From an uncultured Bacteroidota bacterium (lineage in GTDB: Bacteria > Bacteroidota > Bacteroidia > Bacteroidales > WCHB1-69): DNA of 64,000 bases. Made by a program: the position numbers and the translations under genes. The stretch covers positions 5,639 to 69,638 of the forward strand of contig CACXUB010000005.1 in NCBI GenBank assembly GCA_902770735.1. The letters run 5' to 3'. Below are positions 36,499 through 46,372 of the stretch, in pieces. The notes beneath the pieces are model-generated. The model made no database searches and was not told the DNA's origin. It was given only the letters and a program-made list of their open reading frames with translations. How positions within the stretch are numbered: the first letter of the stretch is position 1; each line of letters starts with the position of its first letter.

Positions 36499-37509
36499 CT
36501 AAAACCTATTCACCCACTCCGCCACCTCCGTCGCGGAGATGTTCTTCATGCACTTGAAATGCTTGCGGCGGCACTTGGAGCTGCCGAACTTGGAGCACGG
36601 ACGGCAATGGAGCGGACAAACTTCGAAATTGCGGAACAAATTCCGTTCGCCGGGCATATAAGGGTAGTAACCGTATTCGGGAATGGTGGAGCCGAAGATG
36701 GCTGCCGTGGGCTTGTGCAGCGCCGCTGAGATGTGCATCAGGCCGGTGTCGCCGGTGATCACGCAGTCGGCATGCTGCAGGATGGCCGCCGACTGGTAAA
36801 GGGTGTATTTGCCGCAGCCGTTGGTGGCCCGCTCGCCGAGCTGGGAAACCACCTGCTCGCCCTCTTCGAACACGTCCTTGCCGCCTAACAGCATGATCGG
36901 TTTGTGCAGGATGCTGCCGATCTCCACCACCTTGCTCACCGGAATCCGCTTGGTGAAGTGCTGCGCCGCCAACACGATGGCTACGAAGCCGTCTTCAAAC
37001 ATCATCGGCAAATCATCTTCTTCAAATCCTTGGTCTTCAGGAATATAGAATTCCAACCCTTTGTGGTCGTTGTGAACGTTCAAAGCCTTGACGGCCTCGA
37101 AATAACGTTCCACGATGTGCGTTTCGGGCATGCCGTTCATCTTGAGACGATAGCAAATCCATTTCGACAAATTGTGCTTGTTGAAAGTGTAGGAAGGGCA
37201 TTTCAGCTTGCGCACCACCTTGCGGGAACGCATCGTCTTCTGCAAGTCAACGACCACGTCGAAATGCTCTCTTTTCAGCTCTTCGATGGTTTGGTTCACG
37301 TTGTCAGGATCGTAAGCATGCACTTTGTGGATGTGCGGATTGTTCGCAATCACAGAGACATAATCTTTTCTGACCAAAAAATGCACTTCTGCTTCGGGGA
37401 TTTGTTCGTTCACCGCTCTGATAACCGGAGTGGTTAACACGATGTCTCCAATGGAACTAAGTCGGATAATGAGGATTTTCGGTTGCGACGGGGGTTGTAT
37501 TTCGTCCAT
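36499..37509 (-). CDS. glycosyltransferase family 9 (LPS heptosyltransferase-like)
   Basis: KILIIRLSSIGDIVLTTPVIRAV N-terminus and C-terminal GDTGLMHISAAL motif, typical of GT9. Confidence 0.85.
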   Translation of the reverse strand: MDEIQPPSQPKILIIRLSSIGDIVLTTPVIRAVNEQIPEAEVHFLVRKDYVSVIANNPHIHKVHAYDPDNVNQTIEELKREHFDVVVDLQKTMRSRKVVRKLKCPSYTFNKHNLSKWICYRLKMNGMPETHIVERYFEAVKALNVHNDHKGLEFYIPEDQGFEEDDLPMMFEDGFVAIVLAAQHFTKRIPVSKVVEIGSILHKPIMLLGGKDVFEEGEQVVSQLGERATNGCGKYTLYQSAAILQHADCVITGDTGLMHISAALHKPTAAIFGSTIPEYGYYPYMPGERNLFRNFEVCPLHCRPCSKFGSSKCRRKHFKCMKNISATEVAEWVNRF

Positions 37510-37525
37510 ATTGCGTTAAAAAATA

Positions 37526-38671
37526 TTAATTTTCTTCAGAAATTGCTTTGAAATGGTTGTCAACGGGATTGGCGTAGATTTTCAACAAGTATTCGTGCAT
37601 TTTTTCAAATGAAACATCGGGAACTTGAGATTTAGTCTGCAAATAGTTGACAAAAGCAGTTTTTTCGTCGTCGGAGTAGTGGTCGTGGAAGTCTTCGTTC
37701 TGATACAGAAGGTCGTGGGCGATATAGTTGTTTTGGTAGAGAGTGTAGTTTCTATATATCTGTTTATCAATAATTTGACAAACCAAATTGATTTTTTCGT
37801 TATTGGAGATGTTTTCAGGAATGGCGTCAAGTTCTTTGTCGAGCGGTTTTCCAATGGCGAGGGAGATGCGGCCTTTTTGCCCGAAGATGCCTTGTTTGAT
37901 GCTGTTGAAATCTTCCCCCGGCTGTTTTTGGTAAACAGTATGTTCGCTGATGGCCAACTCTCTGGCTTTCAACTTGTCACAGGGTTCGATTTCGTAAGAG
38001 ACAGTCAGCGGGGTGATATTCATCCGACGGATAGTCTCGATGAGGTTTTTGTCGTTGCCGAGGGTGATCATCTTCACGAGACCGTGCTTGGTGAAGTCGT
38101 TGCCGTCCTTGGTCCGTCCGTCGCGTTGCGCGATCCATACAGACTCTTTGTCTTCAAAAAGAGAGTATTGGATGTAAGCGGCCAGTTTGTAAGAATTTTC
38201 CAGTTTTTCGCGCAAAGTGCCGGATCTTTTCACCTTGATCATCTTGTTGAGTTTGGCCACTTCGCCTAACAGCGGGGTGGTGAACAGGTTGTCGCCCATG
38301 GCGATGCGGGAGGTTTTGCGATGTTCCAGAAAGAAGTAGTATTGCAGCAGAGCCGGATCGAAGGTGATGTCGCGGTGGTTGCCGATGAACATATATGCCG
38401 AAGAGGGATCGATATTTTCAATGCCGGACAACTGGACGCCTTTGGACGACTGGGCGATGAAGACATCAAGGAAACGCTTGTCGAAATCCACCTGGACTTC
38501 CTCAATAGTGTTAAAATTTGCAAAATCACGGCGGAACTGTTCAACGGAATAGTTGGGCAGGCACAAAGCGATGGCCTCCTGAAAACGGCGGTCATCCATC
38601 AATCGATAGTAGGCTTCCTTGAACTCAAGATCCGTATAAGGGCGTATATCTTCGAAATCCATTTGTCTCAT
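37526..38671 (-). CDS. lysophospholipid (PlsC-like) acyltransferase family protein
   Basis: Acyltransferase block FIGNHRDITFDPA (H-x4/5-D type) and RIAMGDNL. 381 aa. An alternative start is ATG 38662. Confidence 0.75.
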   Translation of the reverse strand: MRQMDFEDIRPYTDLEFKEAYYRLMDDRRFQEAIALCLPNYSVEQFRRDFANFNTIEEVQVDFDKRFLDVFIAQSSKGVQLSGIENIDPSSAYMFIGNHRDITFDPALLQYYFFLEHRKTSRIAMGDNLFTTPLLGEVAKLNKMIKVKRSGTLREKLENSYKLAAYIQYSLFEDKESVWIAQRDGRTKDGNDFTKHGLVKMITLGNDKNLIETIRRMNITPLTVSYEIEPCDKLKARELAISEHTVYQKQPGEDFNSIKQGIFGQKGRISLAIGKPLDKELDAIPENISNNEKINLVCQIIDKQIYRNYTLYQNNYIAHDLLYQNEDFHDHYSDDEKTAFVNYLQTKSQVPDVSFEKMHEYLLKIYANPVDNHFKAISEEN

Positions 38672-38683
38672 TCAATTCGGCGG

Positions 38684-38691
38684 CAAAGATA
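38684..38691 (-). promoter_or_regulatory. -7 box TATCTTTG for the acyltransferase/GT9 genes
   Basis: Exact match on the minus strand, 13 nt upstream of ATG 38671, implying a very short leader. Confidence 0.55.
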
Positions 38692-38721
38692 CAATTTTTT
38701 AGGCAATAGGCAACAGCCCTG
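38692..38721. repeat. heptamer spacer TAGGCAA TAGGCAA CAGCCCT between the trkH stop and the next promoter
   Basis: Near-identical to 43774-43799 (TAGGCAA CAGGCAA TAGCC). Both follow a CAAAGATAC(A/T)ATTTTT promoter segment. Confidence 0.8.
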
Positions 38722-40524
38722 CTAACCGAGCATGATGTACAAGTCGGGGTACTGATGCGGCGATTCCTTTTTATGGCGGGTGAGCGCGAAGGCCAGGGTC
38801 AGGGTGCCGATACGGCCGCAGTACATGTTGACAATCAGTATCAGTTTGGCCATCCAGTTCCAGTTGGCGCATTCGCCGGTGGAGAGTCCGCAGGTGGTGA
38901 ATGCCGAGGAGGTTTCGAACAAAGCGGGCAACAACTGCACGTCAGGTTGCACCACCGTGAGCAGGAAGCAGGAAATGGCGATGAATGTCAGCGACAGCAA
39001 CAGGATGGTGGTTGCCCTTTCCACTAAAGAGGCCGAAATGGCTTTGTGGTTGAATTCAATGTCTTTTTTACCTTTTATCGTGGCGATAACCGATTTGATG
39101 ACGATGAACAGCGTGGTGGTCTTGATGCCGCCGCCGGTGGAGCTCGGCGAACCGCCAATGAAAATCATCACCAATATTAGCAATACCGTAGAAATATGCA
39201 TCAAGTTGACATCCAGCACGTTAAAACCGGAAGTTCGGCAGGTGACCACTTGAAAGATGGACGTGAAGATTTTGTTTCCGAGTCCGCCGACACTTTTCAG
39301 AGTGCCGTTGTATTCTATCAAAAAGAAAAGCACGCTGCCGATGATGATGATGGCGAAAGTGACGTAAAGCACGATTTTGGTCTGCGGCATCAGCGTTTTC
39401 CAGCGATATTTGTTGCGTTCACGGATGTAGCGGCGGCTGAAAAAGTCGCGGATGGTGACGAAACCGATACCGCCGAGGAAAACCAACGCCATGATCACCA
39501 CTTGCGGGAAATAGCTGCCGGGCACGCCGAGGTTCAGCAAACTGTCGTCAATGAGCACGAAACCGCCGTTGTTGAAAGCCGACACGGTGTAAAATATCGA
39601 GAAGAACAAGTTCTGTTTGTCGGAAATGAAGAATCCCGTCGATTTCCAGTAGGTGAACAAAAACGCCACACCAGCCGCCTCGATGATGAAGGTGGTGAGC
39701 ACGATGCTCCGCAACAGCCCTACAGAGTCGGAGAGCCGGTCGGAAGACATCATGTCGCGGATCATGTATTGGTAGCGAAGCCCCACCATGGAGCGCGAAA
39801 GGAAGGTGGAGAAGAACGTTGCAAAGGAGAGAATGCTCATACCTCCCAGTTGAATCATCATCAAGATAACCACTTGGCCTTTGAATGTGAAGCAGGCGGA
39901 AGTGCTAACCACGGAAAGGCCGGTGATGCAGCTGGCGCTCGTGGCGGTGAAGAGGGCATCAATGAAGGAAATCCCGTTGGTGGTCATGCGCGGCATCATC
40001 AGCAGGATGGTGCCCATGGCGATGAGAAACAGGAAGGATGCCACCATCAGAATCGGCGGACTGAGTTGGTATTTCCCGAGCGTGCTGCTGGCTTTGGCCA
40101 ACTCGACCAATACGATAATCAGAAAGTAGAACTGAATGAAAATCAGGTAGATATTTTCGAAATTCTGTTTATCGATGAAGCTGAAATGGAAGATGTTGAT
40201 GGAAATGAACTGCGCAATCAGCACCAGGATGATGAGAAACTCGCCCCAAGACTGCTTGATGTAGTTCCCGCGGTGGAGCGAATAGAACAGCATGATGAAG
40301 TATTTGGCAACGTAGAAAAACAAACTGCCGTAAATGACCCAGCGGATGAGGTTTTTGACACGCGGAGTGATGTAGAGACCGTGATAGCAGAAAATGCACG
40401 CGATGGTCACGATGGAAACCACCAGACTGCAAATCCGAAGAATCCGCTGAATGCGGTCCTTGTTCTTTACAATGTGGATCCGTCGCTTTCCGTTGTATTC
40501 GTCGTGATTTCCGAACAGATGCAT
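38722..40524 (-). CDS. trkH: TrkH/KtrB family potassium transporter with ~150-aa N-terminal multi-TM extension
   Basis: Repeated M1-P-M2 units with selectivity-type segments (TATSASCITGLSV, VSAFNNGGF, CRTSGFN, TTCGLSTG). TAATG overlap with trkA. Confidence 0.9.
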   Translation of the reverse strand: MHLFGNHDEYNGKRRIHIVKNKDRIQRILRICSLVVSIVTIACIFCYHGLYITPRVKNLIRWVIYGSLFFYVAKYFIMLFYSLHRGNYIKQSWGEFLIILVLIAQFISINIFHFSFIDKQNFENIYLIFIQFYFLIIVLVELAKASSTLGKYQLSPPILMVASFLFLIAMGTILLMMPRMTTNGISFIDALFTATSASCITGLSVVSTSACFTFKGQVVILMMIQLGGMSILSFATFFSTFLSRSMVGLRYQYMIRDMMSSDRLSDSVGLLRSIVLTTFIIEAAGVAFLFTYWKSTGFFISDKQNLFFSIFYTVSAFNNGGFVLIDDSLLNLGVPGSYFPQVVIMALVFLGGIGFVTIRDFFSRRYIRERNKYRWKTLMPQTKIVLYVTFAIIIIGSVLFFLIEYNGTLKSVGGLGNKIFTSIFQVVTCRTSGFNVLDVNLMHISTVLLILVMIFIGGSPSSTGGGIKTTTLFIVIKSVIATIKGKKDIEFNHKAISASLVERATTILLLSLTFIAISCFLLTVVQPDVQLLPALFETSSAFTTCGLSTGECANWNWMAKLILIVNMYCGRIGTLTLAFALTRHKKESPHQYPDLYIMLG

Positions 40525-41219
40525 TACAGATTGATTTTGATGAAGTTGTCGATGTCGCGGTCTTTGCCGAAGAGCACGAAGACATCGTCTTTGCGGATGA
40601 CCATCGAGTTGTCGGGCACACCGATAATATGCTGTTTCATCGTCAGTTCCTTGTTCTCGATTTCTTCGAAGTTACGACGGATGGTCACTAAACTGAGGTG
40701 GTGGTTGTCACGGAAGTTGACATCGCCGAGGGTGAGTCCTTCGAGGCGGTCGGGCGCGATGATGGAGGCGATGCGGTATTCGTCGGGCATCTGCAGGTAA
40801 GAGAGGATGTTAGGGTTGCTGAGTCGTTCCGCGAGCAGGGTGGCCAACTCTTCCTCCGGAGAAAGGAATTCCGTGATGCCCATCTTCTCCAGAATGGTCT
40901 GCTGGTGCGTTCCCTTGATGCGGCAGTATATCTTTTCGATGCCTAAGTCGATGAGGTTGGAGATGCAGAGCAGTCGTTCCACGAAATCGTCACCGATGGC
41001 GACAATCACCGCATCGAAGTCCTTGATGTTTTCGTTCAGCAGCGCGCGCTTGTCGGTGGCGTCCGTGCACACGGCATACGCCACATCATCGCTGATGTTC
41101 TGCACTTTCTTCATGTCCTTGTCGATCACCAGCACCTCGAAACCCTTTTCCGAAAGCGCCAAGCTGATGGCTTGTCCGAATTGTCCCGCGCCGATGACGG
41201 CGAATTTTTTCTGTGCCAT
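40524..41219 (-). CDS. trkA: TrkA/KtrA potassium-uptake regulatory protein (RCK N+C domains)
   Basis: Rossmann motif FAVIGAGQFGQAI...VLVIDKD, plus a C-terminal TrkA-C domain. 231 aa. Confidence 0.9.
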   Translation of the reverse strand: MAQKKFAVIGAGQFGQAISLALSEKGFEVLVIDKDMKKVQNISDDVAYAVCTDATDKRALLNENIKDFDAVIVAIGDDFVERLLCISNLIDLGIEKIYCRIKGTHQQTILEKMGITEFLSPEEELATLLAERLSNPNILSYLQMPDEYRIASIIAPDRLEGLTLGDVNFRDNHHLSLVTIRRNFEEIENKELTMKQHIIGVPDNSMVIRKDDVFVLFGKDRDIDNFIKINL

Positions 41220-41262
41220 AATTCAATACTTTAGCAAAACGGCGAAAATAAAAAATTTTTCG

Positions 41263-43737
41263 CTACTTTTTCAACTTAACTACAGTGATACCGGCGCCGC
41301 CCAGTTCGAGCATCTCATCATGAAACTCTGTAACATTCTGTCTTTTAGCGAGATATTGTCTGACTACACTGCGTAAAATGCCATTTCCTTTTCCGTGCAA
41401 AATCCGCAGATTGGAAACCCCTAACATCTCCGCTTCGTCCAAGTATTCTTCCAGATTGTGCACCATTTCCTCCGCCCGCTGACCGCGTACGTCCAAGGTG
41501 GTGCTGAAATCCGAGAGTTTTTTGTTGAGGGCGTCCGCGATGGAACCGGCGTTGAACTGCGACACGTGGCCGCGTTCCACATTCCGCGCCTCTTTCTTGC
41601 TGATCTTGATGAGCCGGTCCAGTTTGGTGCGGAAATTCACCGAATGGAACGAAATGGTCACATCGGTGCCGTCAATCTGCGTCACCTCGCCGGCGATCTG
41701 GGAATCCGGCATATATACCGAATCGCCCACCCGGATGGTTTTGTCCTGAACTTCCTCGGCGGTCTGCTTTTTCTCCACCGGCTTCTTCCGATGAACCGGG
41801 ATGAGGGCTTTCACCGCTTCGGCTTCCGCTTTCTCCACATGCTCGATCTCCTTCTGCATCTCTTTTTTGAAGGATTTCACCTCTTCGCGCGCCGTCTTGG
41901 TCTTCTCCGCATCGGCTTTCGACTCCTTGATCTCGCGAATCGTGTTCTCGATGATCTTGTTGGCGCTATCGACGATACTGTTGGCCTGGTTTTTGGCCTT
42001 GGTGAGAATCTCCTTGCGCTGTTTGTCGAGTTGCGCGAACTTTTCGGCGTACTCGTCGATCATCACGGCCAACTGGTCGTCGGCGGCACGTACCATCTTG
42101 AGTTTCTGTTCCGTTTCAATCTGCGTGATCTCGATTTCCTCCAACTTCCGTTCGTAGTCGATTTGCGCCGTGCCGGATTTCTGTATGGCGCTGTCGATAA
42201 TTTGCGGATTCAACCCGATTTGCCGTGCGATTTCGTAGGTGAAAGAGCTGCCGGGTTTCCCGATTTTGAGGATGTAAAGCGGTAGTAACGCATTGGTATC
42301 GAACAACATAGCTCCATTTTCGGCTTCGGGATGCGTGTCGGAGAACATCTTCAGGTTGCCGTAGTGCGTGGTGATGATGCCGAAAGCGTTCGTGGCGTAG
42401 TAGCGTTCCAAGATGGACTCCGCCAGGGCGCCGCCCAACGTGGGTTCGGTGCCGCTGCCGAATTCATCGATCAGGAACAAGGATTTCGCATTCAGGTTCT
42501 CATCCATTACCTTAAGATTCTGCAAATGAGAACTATACGTGCTCAAATCGTTGTCGATGGACTGCTCGTCGCCGATGTCGATGAAGATACTTTCGAAAAT
42601 GCCCATGTCGGAGGTGCTCAGCATGGGGACGGGCAAGCCGCATTGCATCATATATTGCAGTAAACCAACGCTTTTCAAACAGACCGATTTACCACCGGCA
42701 TTGGGTCCGGAGATGATGAGGATGCGCTTTTCGGGTAGCAGCCGGATGTCCAAGGGCACCACGTCCTTGTGATGTTTCTTGTAATTGAGGTAGAGCAGAG
42801 GATGCTTGGCCTGGTACCATTGCACCATGGTTTTGGGATGGATGTGCGGCACGGCGGCATCGATGTCGATGGCGAAAAGGGCTTTGGCGCGAAGGAAGTC
42901 GTATTGTCCCATCAGTTTTTGCGCGTCGATGAGATCATCGATGAGCGGCCGGATGGTGTCGGTGATTTCGGTCAGGATGCGGATGATTTCACGCTGTTCG
43001 GCGTTTTGCAGTTCTTTGAGTTCGTTGTTGGTGTCGAAAACCTCGGTGGGTTCGATGAAGACGGTCTGGCCCGTGGCGGATTCGTCGTGCACGAAACCGC
43101 GCAGCCTGCGTTTGAACTGTGCCGCGACGGGGATGCAGAGACGGCCGTTGCGGACAGTCATCTCGGCGTCTTCTTTCACGATGCCGTCTTGTTTGGCGGC
43201 GTTGAGGATTTTGCGGATTTGGTGGTCGGCGTCACGGGAGAGTCGGTTCATGGCCCCTTTGATGTGGGCCAACTCGTCGGAGGCGTTGTCGCGCATCTGT
43301 CCTTTGTCGTCCAAAATGCGGTTGATGGCCGCCGTGAGGTCGCGTTGCAGTGGCATTTCGGCGCACATCGACCAAAGGCGTGGATAACGGTTGTCCTCGT
43401 GGCGCACCTTGAAATAGACGAAGATGTTGGTCATCGACTGGATAAAACCGCGCAGGCAGGCCAGTTCTTCGAGTTCGATGTGGGTGCCGTCGATCCGAAG
43501 CCGTTTCAACGTTTCACGAAGGTCGTAAAAATCCTGTGCGGGAAACGGTTCGTCGAAAAGCAGCAACTGGCGGAATTCCTCCACGGCTTCCAAAGCCGGC
43601 ATAATCTGCAGCATGTCGGTCATAAACCGCATGTTTTCCACGGCTTCCGCCCCTTGCGGACTCAAGCAGTGGTCCAGAATCAGCCGCCGAACGGTGTCAA
43701 AACCGATTTTTTCCTCAAAATTTTCAGGATAGAGCAT
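41263..43737 (-). CDS. mutS2: endonuclease MutS2 (MutS domain V ATPase + C-terminal Smr domain)
   Basis: Walker A SGPNAGGKS, DEFGSGTEP, long coiled-coil linker, C-terminal Smr LDVRGQRAEE...LRILHGKGNGILR. Confidence 0.93.
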   Translation of the reverse strand: MLYPENFEEKIGFDTVRRLILDHCLSPQGAEAVENMRFMTDMLQIMPALEAVEEFRQLLLFDEPFPAQDFYDLRETLKRLRIDGTHIELEELACLRGFIQSMTNIFVYFKVRHEDNRYPRLWSMCAEMPLQRDLTAAINRILDDKGQMRDNASDELAHIKGAMNRLSRDADHQIRKILNAAKQDGIVKEDAEMTVRNGRLCIPVAAQFKRRLRGFVHDESATGQTVFIEPTEVFDTNNELKELQNAEQREIIRILTEITDTIRPLIDDLIDAQKLMGQYDFLRAKALFAIDIDAAVPHIHPKTMVQWYQAKHPLLYLNYKKHHKDVVPLDIRLLPEKRILIISGPNAGGKSVCLKSVGLLQYMMQCGLPVPMLSTSDMGIFESIFIDIGDEQSIDNDLSTYSSHLQNLKVMDENLNAKSLFLIDEFGSGTEPTLGGALAESILERYYATNAFGIITTHYGNLKMFSDTHPEAENGAMLFDTNALLPLYILKIGKPGSSFTYEIARQIGLNPQIIDSAIQKSGTAQIDYERKLEEIEITQIETEQKLKMVRAADDQLAVMIDEYAEKFAQLDKQRKEILTKAKNQANSIVDSANKIIENTIREIKESKADAEKTKTAREEVKSFKKEMQKEIEHVEKAEAEAVKALIPVHRKKPVEKKQTAEEVQDKTIRVGDSVYMPDSQIAGEVTQIDGTDVTISFHSVNFRTKLDRLIKISKKEARNVERGHVSQFNAGSIADALNKKLSDFSTTLDVRGQRAEEMVHNLEEYLDEAEMLGVSNLRILHGKGNGILRSVVRQYLAKRQNVTEFHDEMLELGGAGITVVKLKK

Positions 43738-43765
43738 ATAAATTTCGTCAGTTTTAAAATGGCGG

Positions 43766-43773
43766 CAAAGATA
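43766..43773 (-). promoter_or_regulatory. -7 box TATCTTTG for mutS2
   Basis: Exact match on the minus strand, 29 nt upstream of start 43737. Confidence 0.65.
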
Positions 43774-43799
43774 CTATTTTTAGGCAACAGGCAATAGCC
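43774..43799. repeat. heptamer spacer TAGGCAA CAGGCAA TAGCC between the SDR-gene stop and the mutS2 promoter
   Basis: Read directly. Paralogous to 38692-38721. Confidence 0.8.
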
Positions 43800-44588
43800 T
43801 TAAACAAACCGTTTTTTCACGAGGTCCACGAGAAATCCAGGGATGAGGAAGCATAAAAACAGGAAAAAGTAGTTGATGATGCCGGGGATTTTCACTTTCC
43901 GGCCATGCAGGGTGGCGCGGACGCCGCGTTTGGCGATCTGCTCGGGCTTCAACATAACACCGATGGCACACAGCCGTTTCCGCATTTTCAGGGGAAGGTT
44001 GTAGAGGTCCGTATCGACCGCGCCGGGGCATACACAGCAGACTTTCACTCCGTAATGGCTCAGTTCGTGGTGGATGCCTTTGGAAAACTTCAGCAAGTAC
44101 GATTTTGTCGCCTGATAGACGGCGATGGTCGGGAAGCTCATAAAAGCGGTGATGGAGCTGGCGTTGAGGATGTAACCGCATTTGCGCTCTTTCATCTTTT
44201 TGCCGAACAGGATGCAAAGGTCTGCCGGCGTGGTGCTGTGGAGCATCGTCATCTTATGGCTCAGCGCCATTGGCTTCTCCACGGCCGCACCGAAGTAGAA
44301 CATTCCCGCGTTGTTGACCAGCACCTCGACCACGATGTTTTCGCTTTCGCAGAAGTCGAAAAGCTCCTGCGCTGCGTTTTCCGAGGTCAGATCCTGGTAC
44401 CGCGTCAAGATTTGCTGCTCCGGGAACAACGGTTGCAGATAGTTTTGCGCTTCCGTGTTGAGGTCTTCCCGATTGCTGACTATCAAGATGTTATATCCTT
44501 TTCGCGCCCACTCTTCCGCGTAGGCGAGACCGATGCCGGAACTTCCGCCGGTGACTAATGCGAAAGTTTTTTCTTTTGAGTTATTCAT
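43800..44588 (-). CDS. SDR family oxidoreductase
   Basis: TGGSSGIG cofactor motif, NNAG, YQATKSY (YxxxK). Confidence 0.85.
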   Translation of the reverse strand: MNNSKEKTFALVTGGSSGIGLAYAEEWARKGYNILIVSNREDLNTEAQNYLQPLFPEQQILTRYQDLTSENAAQELFDFCESENIVVEVLVNNAGMFYFGAAVEKPMALSHKMTMLHSTTPADLCILFGKKMKERKCGYILNASSITAFMSFPTIAVYQATKSYLLKFSKGIHHELSHYGVKVCCVCPGAVDTDLYNLPLKMRKRLCAIGVMLKPEQIAKRGVRATLHGRKVKIPGIINYFFLFLCFLIPGFLVDLVKKRFV

Positions 44589-44596
44589 ATTTTTGA

Positions 44597-44669
44597 CTTT
44601 TGGCTTTAAACTGCCAGCTAAAAGCTAATAGCCAACAGCTAATAGCCAATAGCCGACAGCCAACAGCTA
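44597..44669 (-). repeat. ~10 tandem heptamers (minus strand TAGCTGT TGGCTGT CGGCTAT TGGCTAT TAGCTGT ...) directly after the sufS stop
   Basis: Read directly. Confidence 0.9.
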
Positions 44670-45872
44670 TTATGACAACATATTTTTGGCTTTGACAACG
44701 GCTTCCACTAAAGCGTCGGCCTCCTCGAAGGTATTATAGAGCCCGAACGAGGCGCGGATGGTGCCTGGAATGCCGAAATGGGTCATGACAGGTTGCGTGC
44801 AGTGGTGACCCGTGCGGACCGCAATTCCTTGATGGTCAAGGAGAACACCCATGTCGTAGGGGTGGATGTCGCCCACCAAGAAGGAGATGACACCGGTTTT
44901 GTGTGCCGCTTCCCCGATAAAGCGCATCCTGTCGATTTTGGCTAATTTCTCGGTGGTATAGATCAACAGTTTTTGTTCGTAAGCTGCAATCTTCTCTAAA
45001 CTAATGTCTTGGATGTATTCGATGGCTTTGCGCAAACCGATGACATCGCCGACGGAGGGAGTTCCCGCCTCGAATTTGAACGGCAGGTCGTTGTAGGTGG
45101 TTTTCTCGAAAGTCACGTCCTTGATCATTTCGCCGCCGCCTTGATAGGGTCGCATCTCGTTGAGCCACCGTTCTTTGCCATACATCACGCCGATGCCCAT
45201 GGGGGCGTACATTTTGTGGCCGGAGAAGCAGTAGAAATCGCAGTCGAGGGCTTGCACATCTACCGGACAGTGCGCCACGGCCTGCGCCCCGTCGATGAGG
45301 ACGGGCACGTTGCGGGCGTGCGCGATGCGGATTACTTCCGTTATCGGGTTGACGGTGCCCAACGAGTTGGAGACATGCGCCATGGCCACGATTTTGGTTC
45401 TGTCGGTGATGAGACTGTCTAACTCGCTGATTCTCAGTTCTCCATTGTCGTTGAACGGCAGAACTTTCAGCTTGGCGCCGCGCTCCTCGCAGGCTAACTG
45501 CCACGGCACGATGTTGGAATGGTGTTCCATCTCCGACACAATGACTTCGTCGCCCGCGTGCAGGTAGGTGCGCCCGAAAGAGCTGGCTACCAGGTTGATA
45601 GACTCGGTGGCACCGCGAGTGAAGATGACTTCCTGCGTGCTTCCCGCGTTGATGTACTGTCGCACGGCTTCGCGTGCCTGCTCGAACTCGTTGGTGGCCA
45701 ACTGGCTGAGACAGTGCACGCCGCGGTGGATGTTGCTGTTGATGCGCAGGTAGTAATCGTTCAGCGCGTCAATCACGACTTGCGGCTTTTGCGTGGTTGC
45801 CGCATTGTCCAGATAGACTAAAGGTTTGTTGTAAACCTTTTCTTGCAATATGGGGAAATCGGATCGATTCAT
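44670..45872 (-). CDS. sufS: cysteine desulfurase, SufS-type (aminotransferase class V)
   Basis: YLDNAATTQKP, SNIHRGVH, EHHSNIVPW, FSGHKMYAPMGIG (PLP Lys), RTGHHCTQP (active-site Cys). Confidence 0.9.
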   Translation of the reverse strand: MNRSDFPILQEKVYNKPLVYLDNAATTQKPQVVIDALNDYYLRINSNIHRGVHCLSQLATNEFEQAREAVRQYINAGSTQEVIFTRGATESINLVASSFGRTYLHAGDEVIVSEMEHHSNIVPWQLACEERGAKLKVLPFNDNGELRISELDSLITDRTKIVAMAHVSNSLGTVNPITEVIRIAHARNVPVLIDGAQAVAHCPVDVQALDCDFYCFSGHKMYAPMGIGVMYGKERWLNEMRPYQGGGEMIKDVTFEKTTYNDLPFKFEAGTPSVGDVIGLRKAIEYIQDISLEKIAAYEQKLLIYTTEKLAKIDRMRFIGEAAHKTGVISFLVGDIHPYDMGVLLDHQGIAVRTGHHCTQPVMTHFGIPGTIRASFGLYNTFEEADALVEAVVKAKNMLS

Positions 45873-45895
45873 GATGAAAGTTTAGGGTTTATGGT

Positions 45896-46372
45896 TTATA
45901 GTTTAGTGTTTTGTTCGTCGGTGGGTTGCATGAAGCGTAATTGGGTGGCGTACATCAGGACCCAGAGGATGGACATGAGTATTCCGCTGAAGTTCATGGC
46001 CACGATGCCTCCGATGACGAAGTTCATCACGCAGAATTCCAGGATTTTACCGATGGTATAGACGTGGAAACCGGCCTTGTTGAGCTTCGCCAGCATAAGG
46101 AACGCGCCAACGAAAAGCATGACTTGCACGGCGGCCAGCAGCAGATATTGCCAACTGTTGATGGAGGTGTAGAGTTCCAGGATTTTTTCTGTCTGTTCCG
46201 CGGGAAAAAGCCCCATAGTCTTGACGGTTTCCATGGATTTCAGCATGTAGTCTGCGGCGAATGCCCAGCAAAGGTAGGCAATGGCCGAAAAGGCGGAGTT
46301 GAGCATCGTGATGATGCCTAAAATCCAAAGTATCGGTGTTCGTTTCGGGGTAATGTCTTCGGGATTATTCAT
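45896..46372 (-). CDS. hypothetical membrane protein (4 TM helices)
   Basis: 158 aa with hydrophobic helices. Overlaps the tilS stop by 8 nt, suggesting an operon. Confidence 0.6.
   Translation of the reverse strand: MNNPEDITPKRTPILWILGIITMLNSAFSAIAYLCWAFAADYMLKSMETVKTMGLFPAEQTEKILELYTSINSWQYLLLAAVQVMLFVGAFLMLAKLNKAGFHVYTIGKILEFCVMNFVIGGIVAMNFSGILMSILWVLMYATQLRFMQPTDEQNTKL

Noticed and set aside
39196-40800. 534-aa plus-strand ORF
   Set aside because: It is antisense to trkH/trkA, has no motifs and has an extreme charged/His-rich composition.
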